This document shows, piece by piece, positions 25,710 to 38,300 of a stretch of 64,000 nucleotides of DNA. The stretch is from Octopus sinensis (taxonomy: Eukaryota): NCBI RefSeq assembly GCF_006345805.1, contig NC_042998.1:119970001-120034000 (forward strand), read 5' to 3'. The notes beneath the pieces are model-generated. The model was given only the letters and a program-made list of their open reading frames with translations. It did no database searches and was not told the origin of the DNA. The first letter of the stretch is position 1. Each line of letters starts with the position of its first letter. Both the position numbers and the translations under genes were made by a program.

Positions 25710-27527
25710 CACAACTGCAGGAGAAATACCTAGCCAAAGATAAACCTCTGTACCTGGCTTTTGTTGACATGGAGAAAGCCTTTGACAGGGTCACTCGATA
25801 CTTTATCTAGTGGTCAATGAGGAAACAAGGGATAGATAAATGGTTAATAAGAGCTGTGCAAGCCATGTACAGGGATGCTGTCAGTAAGGTGAGGGTTGGC
25901 ACGGTGAAGAATTCCAGGTAGGGATAGGGGTTCATCAAGGATCAGTCCTCAGACCCCTCTTATTCATCATAGTCCTCCAGGCAATAACAGAAGAATTCAA
26001 GACAGGATGCCCCTGCTCTAATTGCTGAGTCACTATCAGAACTAGTGGAAAAGTTTCAGGTGTGGAAGCAAGGATTAGAATCAAAGGGCCTTAGAGTCAA
26101 CTTAGCTAAAACCAAAGTCTTAGTAAGTAGGAAGGCAGACAAATTACAAATCCCTTCAGGTAGATGGCCCGACTTGATCTTTAGGAAAGGCATAGGTAGA
26201 AACTCCATAAGATGTACTCAGTGTAAGCTATGGACACATAAAAGGTGCAGCAATATCAAAGGAAGGCAAACTGGGAAGATAGTTTTTGTATGTGGCAAAT
26301 GTTCAAGTGCTATAAGCACTAAAAATGTGCAGAGAAGAGCTGTCACATTCCAGGGAGAAAAACTACAAGTAGTTGATAGCTTCTATTACCTAGGGGTCCA
26401 AGTCAGTAGGGGGGGGGGTGATGCTCTGAAAGTGTAGCTGCTAGAATAAGAATAGCCTGGGCAAAGTTCGGAGAACTCTTACTTCTGCTGGTGATAAAGG
26501 GCCTCTTGCTCAGAGTAAAGGGTAGACTGTATGACGCATGTGTAGGAACAGCCATGCTACATGGCAATGAAACATAGGCCATGATTGCTGAGGACATGCG
26601 TAAGCTTGCAAGGAATGAAGCCAGTATGCTCTGCTGGATGTGTAATGTCAACGTGCATACATGACAGAGTGTAAGCACCCTGAGAGAAATGTTGCATTTA
26701 ACAAGCATCAGATGTAGTGTGCAAGAGAGACAACTGCACATGTATTGCGAATGAATGAGGACAGCTGTGTGAAAAAGTGTCACACCCTAGCAGTTGAGGG
26801 AACCTGTGAAAGAGGTAGATCCAGGAAGACCTGGGATGAGGTGGTGAAGCACGATCTTCGAACATCGGGCCTTACCAAGGCAATGGCTAGTGACCAAGAC
26901 CTTTGGAGATATGTTGTGCTTGAGAAAACCCAACAAGCCAAGTGGGACCATAGCCCATGGCCTATGCCAGTTGGCGTAACCAGCCTACTCATGAGCACCC
27001 CTCATTCATTGGACATTAAACTTTGCTTGCGACGACCTATTGAGGCAATGAAATCAAAATCACTGACGTGGCCGATGACAGTACCTCCTGATTGGCACTC
27101 ATGCCAGTGGAATGTTAAAAGCACATCCAAGCATGATCGTTGCCAGAGCTGCAGATTGGCTCCCATGCTGGTGGTGCATAAAAAGAGCCATTTGAATGTG
27201 ATCATTGCCAGCATTGCCTTACTGGCACATGTGCCTGTGGAACATGAAAACCAACATTCGAGCGTGGTCGTTGCCAGTGCCACTGGACTGGCTCCCGTGC
27301 AGGTAGCACGTGAAAAACACCTTTTGAGCATGGTCATTGCCAGAACTGCCTGACTGGCCCTCATGCCAGTGGCACATAAAAGCAGCCACTACACTCTCAG
27401 AGTTGTTGGCATTAGGAAGGGCATCCAGCTGTAGAAACTTTGCCAGATCAGATTGGATCCTGGCTCGCCAGTCAAACCCTCAAACCTGTGCCAGCATGGA
27501 AAGCGGACGTTAAACGATGATGATGAT
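25710..27527 (+). mobile_element. 5'-truncated RTE (BovB-like) LINE: RT domain, 3' UTR and (GAT)n tail
   Basis: LYLAFVDMEKAFDRV, GVHQGSVL.PLLFIIVL, GLRVNLAKTKVLV and CERGRSRKTWDEVVKHDL. Several stops and frameshifts. Tail GATGATGAT; 5' end abuts (TA)n. Confidence 0.92.
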
Positions 27528-27530
27528 ATA

Positions 27531-28050
27531 TCATCATCATCATAGTTTAACGTCCGTTCTCCATGCTAGCATGGGTTGGACGGTTCGACCGGGGATCAGG
27601 GAAGCCAGAAGGCTGCACCAGGCTCCAGTCTTATCTGGCAATGTTTCTACAGCTAGATGCCCTTCCTAATGCCAACCACTCTGTGAGTGTAGTTGGTGCT
27701 TTTTACGTGCCACCTGCACAGGTGCTTTTTACGTGCCACCTGCACAGGTGCCAGGCGAGGCTGGCAACGGCCACGGTCGGATTGGTGCATTTTACGTGCC
27801 ACCAGCACGGAAGCCAGTCAAGGCGGCGCTGGCATCGGCCACAATTCGGATAGTGCTTTTTACGTACCACCAGTCCAGGGGTCCTGGCATCTGCCAGGTG
27901 CCAGTCATAGGATTGGTTCAATTTCGATTTCGATTTGATTTCACTTGCCTCAACAGGTCTTCGCAAGCAAAGGGGGGTTGGCATGGGTGCCTGTTGTCGG
28001 ATGAGGTTCGATATTGACTTCGCTTGCCTCAACAGGTCTATGTGTGTCCA
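27531..28050 (-). mobile_element. RTE 3' tail in inverted orientation, directly abutting the LINE tail
   Basis: Begins TCATCATCATCATAGTTTAACGTCCGTT and is the reverse complement of 27370-27527. Confidence 0.85.
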
Positions 28051-28949
28051 AGGGAGGAAAGGCATATATATATATATATATGGCTATATTTGTGTGTGTA
28101 TTTCCAAGCAAGATATTTCCCATGCCAACATATTTTCACAAGACTGGAAGGTAAGGTGACACTATTTTACAATCATCACTTGATGCCAAGACAAGGAGAT
28201 ACACATACATACACACACACACACACAGAGGCCTCTTTGAGTTTCGGTCAACCAAATCTGCTTACAAGGTTTTGGTTAGCTTAAAGCTATAGCAGAAAAC
28301 ACTTGTCCAAAATATCATCCAATGGAAGTGAAGCCATAACCATGTCACAATCCTGCATCCCTACCCACACACTTTCAACCAATCACACCTTTTTGTGCCT
28401 TCAGCCACTGCTCACTTTTCTTCTCTCCTCCATTCTTTACACCCCACCACACCTGTTCTTTTCCAGTCTTGCAAGTTACACAGCAATCTCACAAATGCCA
28501 GTAGCATGGAAAAATACACCCAATACACCTCTATAAAATCGTTGGCCTTAGGAGGGGCATCTAGCCATAGAAACCATGCCAAAGCTGATACTGAAGTTCT
28601 GTTTTGTAACTCGCCAGATACTGTCAAACCATTCAACTTATGCCAGCATGGAAAGTGGACATTTAATGTGTGTGTGTGTATATACACACACACACATATA
28701 TATATATACAAATAGTTATCAAAGCTCAGACTCACCCCTTCCATTAAATACATCCATTTATTTTCAATCGATTTGGATTTCAGCGTTGTCATCCTTATCT
28801 CTCTTGACCAGAATTGTTAAAGTTAATTTTTATTTGGAACACTATATTAAGTATGTTAGTCATCACTATACAATTCTTATTCGAAGTTGAAACTTTATAC
28901 CGGTTCTTCCGAATTTTACGTAAGTCATTACTCACAAACACATACATAC

Positions 28950-29051
28950 GAAGCGTGATGGTATAGGAACAAAGATGTAAGAAAAGGAACATATACGCAA
29001 CCGGACAAAATATATGGATAGAGGAAATGAAATACTGAGCCATTTATGTCC
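28950..29051 (-). other. Candidate 102-nt 5' exon of a leftward gene
   Basis: Branch-like GCTAAT plus polypyrimidine acceptor (gcctttcttAG); donors GTATGT (28949, 28945) and GTGAGT (28935); ATG at 29043 (MAQYFISS...). Reading frame not resolvable. Confidence 0.35.
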
Positions 29052-30379
29052 CTAAGAAAGGCATTAGCGAAGCAAAAGAAAAAACAGTTGCAGCTAGAGT
29101 TGAAACCGCCACGCAAACTTGATATTTTCAAGCACCGAACACTTCCTATATAGAGTTAGCAATAACTTTAAAGGGTTTGTTTGTTTCTATGTAACGAACC
29201 CAAAGTATACACTCGTGTGAATCAATTGCATAAATGCCTCAATATGAACAGGAAGTATTTCAGTGAAAGTGAAAGGAGTTCTTACAACGGCTAAAGAAGA
29301 ACCACTGCAAATTATCTATACATGAACTTAGCTAACATTATGCAATTAAACAACAATAACAATTTATAGATCAATATACAATTTAAAATCTTAAATAAAA
29401 ACTGGGTATAATAATCCGGAATGAATCTTGTGGGATACATTTTTTTTATAACAGGACAATAAGCAGAGCTGATACCTACAAAATATATATAGGCTCTTTT
29501 CCATTATATAAACCGTATATAGAATGCCTTTATATATTTATATACCTTAATTCAGTGTTAAAAAAAAAAATCAATATTCATAATTTATACTCCTTATACC
29601 GACCGGTCTTCAATATTTGTAATGCATTCAACGATACTGAAGCTATTACAATGAAATTGTATTATGAGAATCGTATAACTATGCGTTATAGATTATTCAT
29701 TGGCACTGAAATAATGTTGTAATGAGTTTATAAATACACAACCATGCTCGCTTGCCCTTTTTTAATGATTAAAAACAATATAGTTCGGCTTTCTCAACTG
29801 CATTGAAATTATAAACACTCAAGTAAAGCTGTTAACATTAAATTCGAAAAAAAAAGTCTAAACTACGAAAGTTGAATAACAGAAACTGAGAAACAACAGT
29901 GTATAATTCGAAACTAATCTAATGTTTATAAGTTAGAATATTCAGGAACAAAATAAATTAGAAAATAAAAGGTAAATCACTAATTCCATAGAACACGTGC
30001 TTTTAAAATATTTTGGTTGGAGATTTCGTTGAGAAAGGAAGAGGTGAAGGTGTAAATGAAACAGTATTTTAAAATGGGATTAGTGAAACAAAATGGAATA
30101 TGTATATAGGAAATCTTGATGGATAGATACAGACGATGAGGAGATAAGTTGTAATTAAATTACGCACCAAGCGGTAACAACTGGGAAGGATTGGTAAAAG
30201 TAGTCGCCATGACCGTCTTATAATGTCCCTTTGTTATACACAGCAGCCACCACTCGTTATGTTAATATATATACGTTTGAAAGAGAAATAATGCTACACG
30301 CACAAATACTACGGATGATCGAAATGGTAACAAACAGGAAAATTGCGCTCAGACATGCCGCATGATTAACTAGCTATAT

Positions 30380-30580
30380 AGTTTGGACCGCAAGTCAGCT
30401 CTCATCAAGCAAACAAACCTATGATCAAAGGCATTCCAGCCATGACCATCCTATTTTTCTTTCAAATATAATGTAAATAGAAGTATATGATTAAATGTAT
30501 CCATTTTAAAAAATTCGTTGAGTATAATTTGCATAAATTTAATTTCTATTTCTAGCCGCGTACATGACCACATATAGGCT
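30380..30580. mobile_element. Old unclassified interspersed repeat (TATGATCAAAGGCATTCCAGCCATGACCATCC family)
   Basis: Diverged matches also near 1440-1650, 3630-3780, 4080-4260, 8270-8450, 8700-8860, 16920-16990, 23080-23270 and 30980-31190; class unknown. Confidence 0.55.
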
Positions 30581-31446
30581 TCCTTGTAGGATTCTAATTA
30601 GTGCTGATTATAAGGATCTGCACTAGATTACTTTTTGACAGGAGGGATCTAGAATAACAGTTCCTTCTGTTGATATCACTTTTATTCTGCATTAATTTAC
30701 GGACGCGGGAAAAGAGATGTTTTTTTAAATTTATATTGAAAAAAAATTCGTTATGTTAGACAATTTATAGTATCTACTATACATAGGAACTAGTAGGTTA
30801 AATCGCATATTACTACCTCTAAAATTGGAGAACTCAATACGTTTATACAGTAAAGACTTGGAACATTATTGTATTTGGGAAAACTAGACAATTAAATCTG
30901 ACGTCATACATTGTCAGAAAAGGTATCCTGCAGAGCAGTCGATTGTCAGCACTTGTCTTCAGTCTTTTGTAAAATCTGTTGTCAACCCTGCTTGAAGAAC
31001 CAGGGAGTCTCTACTGAGCTATCAAAGGAACCTATGTATGATTGCTTGGCCTGTTAGAAATAAACATCAACCATATCTCCCTCAAATTACATTCTACCAT
31101 CTTCAAGAAAAAGAAGGATACAGTACATAATGCAGTCAAAGTACATTGTGCCCAAAACAGATGAGATGATCACAGCTGGAGTGCCTTGAAGTTTAACAAC
31201 ATAGGGTGAACTTTGGTAGCTATGAAATACACTATGTCCCTTCTTTCCAGCAACTCCATAGAACATGAAATAAACTCACTTTTTTCTATCTTACTGGTGA
31301 ACCAGAGAACATCAAACACTGTCACATTCAACATAAACTAACTACTTACACAGAAGGCATAAATACTAACAGTTACAAGATCACAACATTCACAATATAC
31401 ACAGTAACATAGTAAACAATGCAAACTGATTCACAAACATACTTAA

Positions 31447-31653
31447 CCCTTTGGCAGTCAGATACAATGCTTATTTATTCACACTGTTTTGAATTAATCA
31501 TGCAATATCTTGTATCTTTGAGATTTTGATGATATGATTGTTTAGTTTTAGAATGTCATCGTAGTGTAGGTGTGAGAGGACAGATGTGGCTGATTTGAAC
31601 ATAAAACAGGTAGAATATTTGAGTTGGATATGGCCGGTTTAAATACTAAAGGG
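31447..31653. mobile_element. piggyBac-type MITE (same family as 4401-4626)
   Basis: TTAA|CCCTTTGG ... CTAAAGGG|TTAA; internal similarity to the first copy. Confidence 0.85.
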
Positions 31654-32207
31654 TTAAATAAATGATAAGTACCACAATTATCTATTGGAAAGAGACAGCA
31701 ATGGTATACTAGCAATACATTACATCTACTATGGACTTTGCTAGCCCTACCTGGGTACTAATTTCTGTATAGCAAACCACAATAAGTACCAAGTACACTG
31801 AACAGGGCATTACACATTATAAGAGGTTGTACAAAGACTAACGCCATCCACAAATCATCAACACTCGTAAACACAAACATGCCAAAAATTAAATTCCACC
31901 TGGACTTGTGAGGAGTACAGCTTATTGCTACAAGTACCCCCTTCCCTCACACATTACACTGTTGTTACTATCTCATAGAAAAACACACAAACAACATCCC
32001 AGGTCATTGCTATCACACTACCCTAAAAATGCTATCTCTCTCACTCAGCTCAGACAAATGTAAAGAAACACTTCCAAAAATAACTGCAACATCAGTAACA
32101 CCACCAACCTCAAGCATTGTACTAGGGTGCACAACACCCACAATAAATAGAAAGAAATAGCAGTTGCCACACTCTGACCAAGTTCATTTTGTTTGCTTCT
32201 CTTGCAG

Positions 32208-32252
32208 TTTTTACCAAAATGTTCAGGTGTACAAAAATAGGCTGATAGTGAG
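32208..32252 (+). CDS. Candidate 45-nt exon (phase 2-2; FYQNVQVYKNRLIVR)
   Basis: Strong acceptor ttttgtttgcttctcttgcAG and donor GAG|GTAAAT; one open frame; no homology recognised. Confidence 0.25.
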
Positions 32253-34049
32253 GTAAATATAACATGTTTAGACTGGTAATTAATTAAGTGGAGATATGGT
32301 ATAACTAGGTAGTACCTCAATATTTAGCTGACCATCTATATGTTATAAGGCTATTTGATCAAAACTAACTTGAGGGGAAACGGCAATAACATGGTATTTA
32401 CAGAATTGGAAACTTCTTTTTTTTTCTTTGTTTAGGCCAAATACAAGTTGCATCAAAAAGTAATTGTGGCATATTCTATAAACATTAGAACGAAATTTGC
32501 ATTCAAATCTTCATTTTTAGTGGTATTATAAGATAAACTCAAGTGCTATAAAAAAAACAAAACAAAAAACTAAATGTGATTGGCTTAACAGTGCAGCCAA
32601 GCAAGAACTACAAGTATGTTAGATAAGATAAAAATAAGTTTGATGGTGCCATTAAAAGATGACAAGAAATGAATGCTTCAAGGGAATGAAAAAAGTGGGG
32701 CTGTCAGAACTTTCAGCCTTCCACAAATGTGATTTGATGGAGATTTGCAAGTTATTCCTTGTAAGTTGAGCAATTGCCTAGAACCATTTTAATTGGCAAT
32801 CCTCATTGGATTGCCAACAACACGGGTTTCAATTCCTGCTTGAATCCATTTAACTTTCATGTACATCATTATTGCCCGTGTGAAAGGCACAAACCTCGCA
32901 GTTTCACTTCTTTTAAATCTCATCTAAATCTGATATCCTCTTCATCGTCATCATCATCATCATTTAATGTCCATTTCCCATACTGGCAAGGACTGGACAG
33001 CTTGATAGGCTCTGGTGAACCCCAAGCAGTTAGCTCTGGCATGTGTTCTACGGCTGGATGCCCTTCCTACCACCAATTACTTTACAGTGTGTACTGGTGC
33101 CTTTTTGTGTGAAGTTGTGAAGTTTCTGGGTAACTTGCAACATAAGAAAAGAACAGGAAAGGGAAAATGAAAAAGCTCCCCTTGACTGAATGGGGTGGGA
33201 AGTTTTAGAGCAGGAGGGTGGTTAAGGGGGTAAGTAATATGTGTCAGTTCTACTCTCAAGTGATTTCAGCGGATTAGTGCCATAGATAGAGGAGTAATGC
33301 TTGCTAGAAAGGGTACTGGTACTGGTACCATTGTAACAATGAGGTTGGCCACTGTAATAAGAGTTAAGGCTGCAACTTGGCCTTATTACTGCTGGAACAA
33401 GAAGTTAATTAAGAAGCAAAAATCCTCGTATTACGAAAGGTAAAATGCATTTTTGATTGGATTAAATGAAAGAGCCATTCTTGAACTTCACAAGTAATTT
33501 AATAGCAATTCAGAACTAGGTAAGACTTCACTAATAAGATGCTTCGGTTGAAGCAATACATAAATGAAGAATGAATACATGTTATCTTGCCTTGTCACAA
33601 TCCATCTGTAGAAGATAAATTAAAATGTATGAGAGAATTTTTTATGCCACTTAGGTTTATATCTTGTGCAAAAGCAAGTCGTGCACATGTCATGCAACTT
33701 GATAACTATGAGGTACCCGGTTGCTCCTGTAAGGCATTTGATTCCTTGGGCCACATGTAGCAAAATTTATGTGCTCTTAACACAGAGATGTGTCTAGCGT
33801 GAAGTCTGGCAATTGAAGACAGAGAGCAGGATCTGTGTCTCTTTAGTATATGGTCCTGAGACCTTAACGCTCCCTGGTGACTAACTTACATTCTAGAACA
33901 ATCCCTGGTTCATTGGGATTAGTAAAAGGGACATGAATCCAACTTCTTGGAAGCTTCTAGAATGTTTGCAATAGGAGATCATTGGGGATAACTCCCATGA
34001 CTTGCCAACATAAAATAAGCAATAATTAACCTGTTTGGAATTACGTAAA

Positions 34050-34325
34050 TCGTACACCATGTAAAAAGCACTGATGCTGGTGCCACATAAAAAGCACTGG
34101 TGCTGGTTCCACATAAAAAAACACTGGTGTTAGTGCCATGGAAAATGCATTGAGACTGGTGTCATATAAAAAGCATTTGGTACATTCCGTAAAGTGGTTA
34201 GCATTAGGAAGGGCATCCAGCTATAGAAACCAAGCCAAAACAGACTAGGAACCTCGTGCAGCTCCTGTCAAACCGTCCAGCCCATGCCAACATGAAAAAC
34301 AGTCGTTAAATGATAATGATGTTGA
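34050..34325 (+). mobile_element. RTE 3' tail with tandem AAAAAGCAC motif array
   Basis: Several TAAAAAGCACTG(A/G)TGCTGGTGCCAC units, then AGGAAGGGCATCCAGC and a GAT tail. Confidence 0.8.
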
Positions 34326-34887
34326 GAGACTAAAGTATGATCAGGTGGCAGGTACAGGTGTTTTGCTACAGAGGAGAAACATAGTTACTGCTCATTATAT
34401 GAGATGATGGCAATAGGTGGAAAGAGAGTAGAGATTGTGGTGACAAAATTCCAGGGTAGCTCAAGGTACAAGAAGAGAAGATACAGTGGATCTGGGAAAA
34501 GGGAGGGGTAATTTCATAAGAATGTGAGGGGAGAGTAACAGATGGTTAGAGATAGGGGTAGAGGTGAATGTAATGAGTGATGAATGAGGGTATCAGTGCA
34601 GTTGATAGGATGTACCAGTATGAAGAGAGGGTATAGTGGGAGAGATAGAAATGGCTCAGAAAAGAGAAAAAATAGGAAAGTATGGATTTGATGTGCAAGG
34701 TATAGTGGCAGAGTGTGTTGAAAATGATAGCAGGTGTGAGAAGTATTAGAACAGAGTATGGCTGAAGGCATAAGAAGGTGAATGGTGGATTTAGTGTGAG
34801 AAGGGATGATAATGCAAATGAGAGAAGGAAGTGGTTTCTGAGGAAGAGAAAAATAACTGGAAGGCACAAAGAAAGTGATTAAGTAAT

Positions 34888-35330
34888 ATGAGGGGATATC
34901 AAAAAGTTCCCAGACTAGTTATGTTTAATAAAAAATAAATAACTTATTAAGTTTTAACATCATCTCCTTCAAAATAGTCACCTTGCACAACAATACACCC
35001 GTGCCAGCATTCCTGCCACTTTTAGAAGCCAGCTTGGAAGTTGTTTTCTGTAAGCGAGTTATGGACTTTCTGTAATTTGCTCTGAATCTCAACAACGGTG
35101 TTAAAATGATGACCTTTGAGTTGTATTTTCATCTTGGGGAAGAGATGGAAGTCTACAGATCTGGTGAATAGGACAGGAGTGGAAGAGTACCATGTTGTTT
35201 TTGGCAAGAAACATATGACTGAGGAGAGCTTGATGACAATGTGCCTTGCTGTCATGAAGACTCCAATTCTTCATGCTTCACAGATCACTTTCACCAAATG
35301 CCCTCCCTCAAACACTTCAAAACATCATTA
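34888..35330 (-). mobile_element. mariner transposase C-terminal relic with one TIR
   Basis: DFHLFPKMKIQLKGHHFNTVVEIQ..ENNFQAGF*KWQECWHGCIVVQGDYFEGD; TIR-like TATGAGGGGATATCAAAAAGTTCCC at 34888. Confidence 0.85.
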
Positions 35331-38300
35331 ATTGTCCTCTGATGATCCTAATGCACCTTGTATGTGCCAATTCTGCTCTCAAGTGATTTCAGCTGAGTAA
35401 TGCCACAGATTGAGAAATAATGGCTGTTAGGGGATGAAATGTAGGGAATGCGTCACAAGGTACAAAGGGTGGAAGACCAGGTCTCCATGTACGAGAATAA
35501 CCAAGGTATTGAGTTTAAGTATATATTTTTTAGAAGGGATTTTTTTTTTCCAATCAAGAGGAAGGAGATGTGTCCATCATCTTCACAGGCCTGGCAAAGT
35601 TTGTTAGATTGATGTTATTAATGCTCAGTTTAAACAGTTGTATATCATTGCTTGTAGGAAAAATTATGTGGTGAGATATTCCAGGAGGCCAGTTGACATT
35701 CTCAGAAGGAAAGGTTTGAAAGATAACTATTACAGGCTTGGAAGGGAGAAACACAAAACAAGTGATGAGAAGAAAAGACACAGGATGGCTTGGGTGTGAG
35801 AGATATGTGAACTAGTTATCCCTGAGGAGCAGACACTGTTGCATGTAGTACACTGTAAAGGTAGAGCATTTGTGGGCTCAAATACTGATATGCGAATCCT
35901 TGCCAATGATCCAATGGATTTCTTTTAGATGCTGTCTAGGATGTTTTTTTTGTGTGTAGCAGTAATAGAACCATTCCCAAATGTAAAAGCGTTATTTTAC
36001 TGTGCGTCTTACTTGAGCTTTGTAGAGCATCAGCAGCTGTTTGAGTATGAAGTGTTTTCAGGCTAGAAAAAGGAAAGTTAATCTTTGGAGTGATGTTTTT
36101 GCTGTCATGTAAGTAAGGCCACAAATGATGTCAGAATGAGCTGGAGCATTGGCAGTGATCTATAGCAATGTCAATTACCTTGTTTGTAGAACATTTTACA
36201 TCCCTTATATTAAAATAATTACAGTGATAGTTTTTCAAAACACAGACACTTACACATGTGTGCGCACACACACACACACATTTATCAAACTTATTATATA
36301 TATTGAAAATCATGAGTTGATTTTGAATGCTAAGCATGAATCAAGTCTCCAGTCAACAACATCCATTTTATGAATTCACAAAGAAGACATCTATTGATGG
36401 AAAATAGCAGACATCAGCAAAGAGCTTAGTGAGAAAGAAAAAGCAGAAAAGAAGGTTAAGAGAATGACAGACCTGTTGTTTTGTTCTAGAAGTTGTTGTT
36501 TTATTGTAAAGTTATTGAAATAAAAGATTTTCTTGAGATGTAATGCCCATGAAATCAATAATAGTTTTATACTTTTTGTTTTGAAATGCTTCTGGCTAAG
36601 TAAAATAAACTTTCAAGACAATCTTATAAAATTGTTGTTTTCTGGGTTTTATTTTCTTTTAATATCTCTATCTAGGCAATTATAGAATAAATACATAGAC
36701 ACACAGACATAAGTTTTTTTCTCTTAATTTCTTATTTCAGATTAGCAAATTTATTCATGTAATGTTTAATTTTTTAAATATTTATTTCACTTTCTGTGTA
36801 ATCTCCCAAGAAATAAAAAGCTTATTTTTGTTGTGATAGTATTAACTGTTTATCCTTTATTTGGCTTATTTTTTAAAAATACTTTTCCAATGATTTGAAC
36901 AGTTGGGAAATAATAAAAAAATAAAATCTGAATATAATATCATAGGAATTTACTGGCTCCGTGGTTAGCAGGCTGGATTGCTAGCATACTTGAACTATGG
37001 TGAAAAGAGACAAAATTATTCCTCTTGTGGTGCCATTTATCCTCACACAATTATCACACTGTATGTTCTTTCAGCTTACATGTTAATAATATGGTAGTTT
37101 GTATAGTAAAATAGGATGTGCTGGATTCTCTTGTAATAAACAACAGATGTGGGTTCTGCAATTTCTTGCTGAAAAACTTGCACAGATGATTTGTTTATAG
37201 AGATCAAATGTTTCTTCTATACATCAGCTGGCTTCCTGTACAGGTGCATAATATACCTCACATCAAATATCGATATGATCTCAGAGTAATGTGAAATAAA
37301 GTGTCTTGCTCTAGAACACAATGTACTGCTAATTGTGAGTGCAGTACCCTTACAACTAGGCCATTATATGTACACATTAGAGCAATATTTTTGAAAGACA
37401 TTGTTGTTTACGATCTGACAAGTCTATGCCAATATGTACTCTCACCGTAATTCAATAGGCAACTAATCATCTCACATAAAAAAAAAACATGTCCAAACCT
37501 TACCAAGTGCAATACCATAGTCTCACAAGATTTATTGAGATATAAAGCTACCTCACAGGTGCTGGTTTTATAATAAAATGTACCCAATACCTTCTATAAA
37601 GAGGTTGGCAAAGAAGCAAGGATAGTATTGGGTGAAAAGGACTGCTTAGTCTTGTCAAGAACATGACAACCATTCCATTGGTGGTGTAAAGTGGTTGGCA
37701 GATGTATGGGAACAATATCTAGTTGAGAGAACATGACAACATCACTTATAGTAATGCCACAATAAGCTCATTCACTACACTCTGTAAAGTGGATGGTGAC
37801 AGGAAGGGCATCCAGCTGTTGAGACTAGGCCTAGAGTGAGATGTATGAGTGAGATATGGGCCTGTAACCTATCAAGGAGGGCAGTTACTCAGAATAAGGA
37901 CTGACTTGAACTATATATTGAGCCAGCCAATCTAGGCAAGTATGGAGAAATATATGAAAATGATGATGATGACAGTGACAATGACACTGGTGACAGCAAT
38001 GATGACATTGATGATGAGAAGGATTATGGTAATAATAAGGATGATGCATAATTGGAAAAAGAAATAAAATTTATTATCCTTCACCTGTTTTTTGAGAAAG
38101 GTCTTGAGAATGGTCTAAAAGCCAAACAATTTCATATTTCCTTTCTGAATAAAAACTTCTTGCTTTCATGTGAATAAACATCTGCTATTACTTCCTGGAG
38201 TGGATGGGATGACAGAGTGGTAGATTTGATTTTTCTCTGAAACCCAAATGTATAATAAAGTTGTTACCCACAAATGTATGTTGTAACAAAATAAACACTG

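Larger units (their letters stand above)
28760..30950. promoter_or_regulatory. CpG-retaining island / probable promoter region
   Basis: About 50 CpGs by hand count in 2.2 kb versus about 3 in 8-10 kb. Contains GGAAGT (ETS-like) sites, CACGTG 29994-29999, TGACGTCA 30899-30906 and GAAAGTGAAA 29265-29274. Confidence 0.65.

Noticed and set aside
28853-28925. Plus-strand ATG and perfect GTAAGT donor at 28920
   Set aside because: It would overlap the leftward candidate head-on, and joining it to the nearest acceptor gives an early stop; cannot be supported without RNA data.
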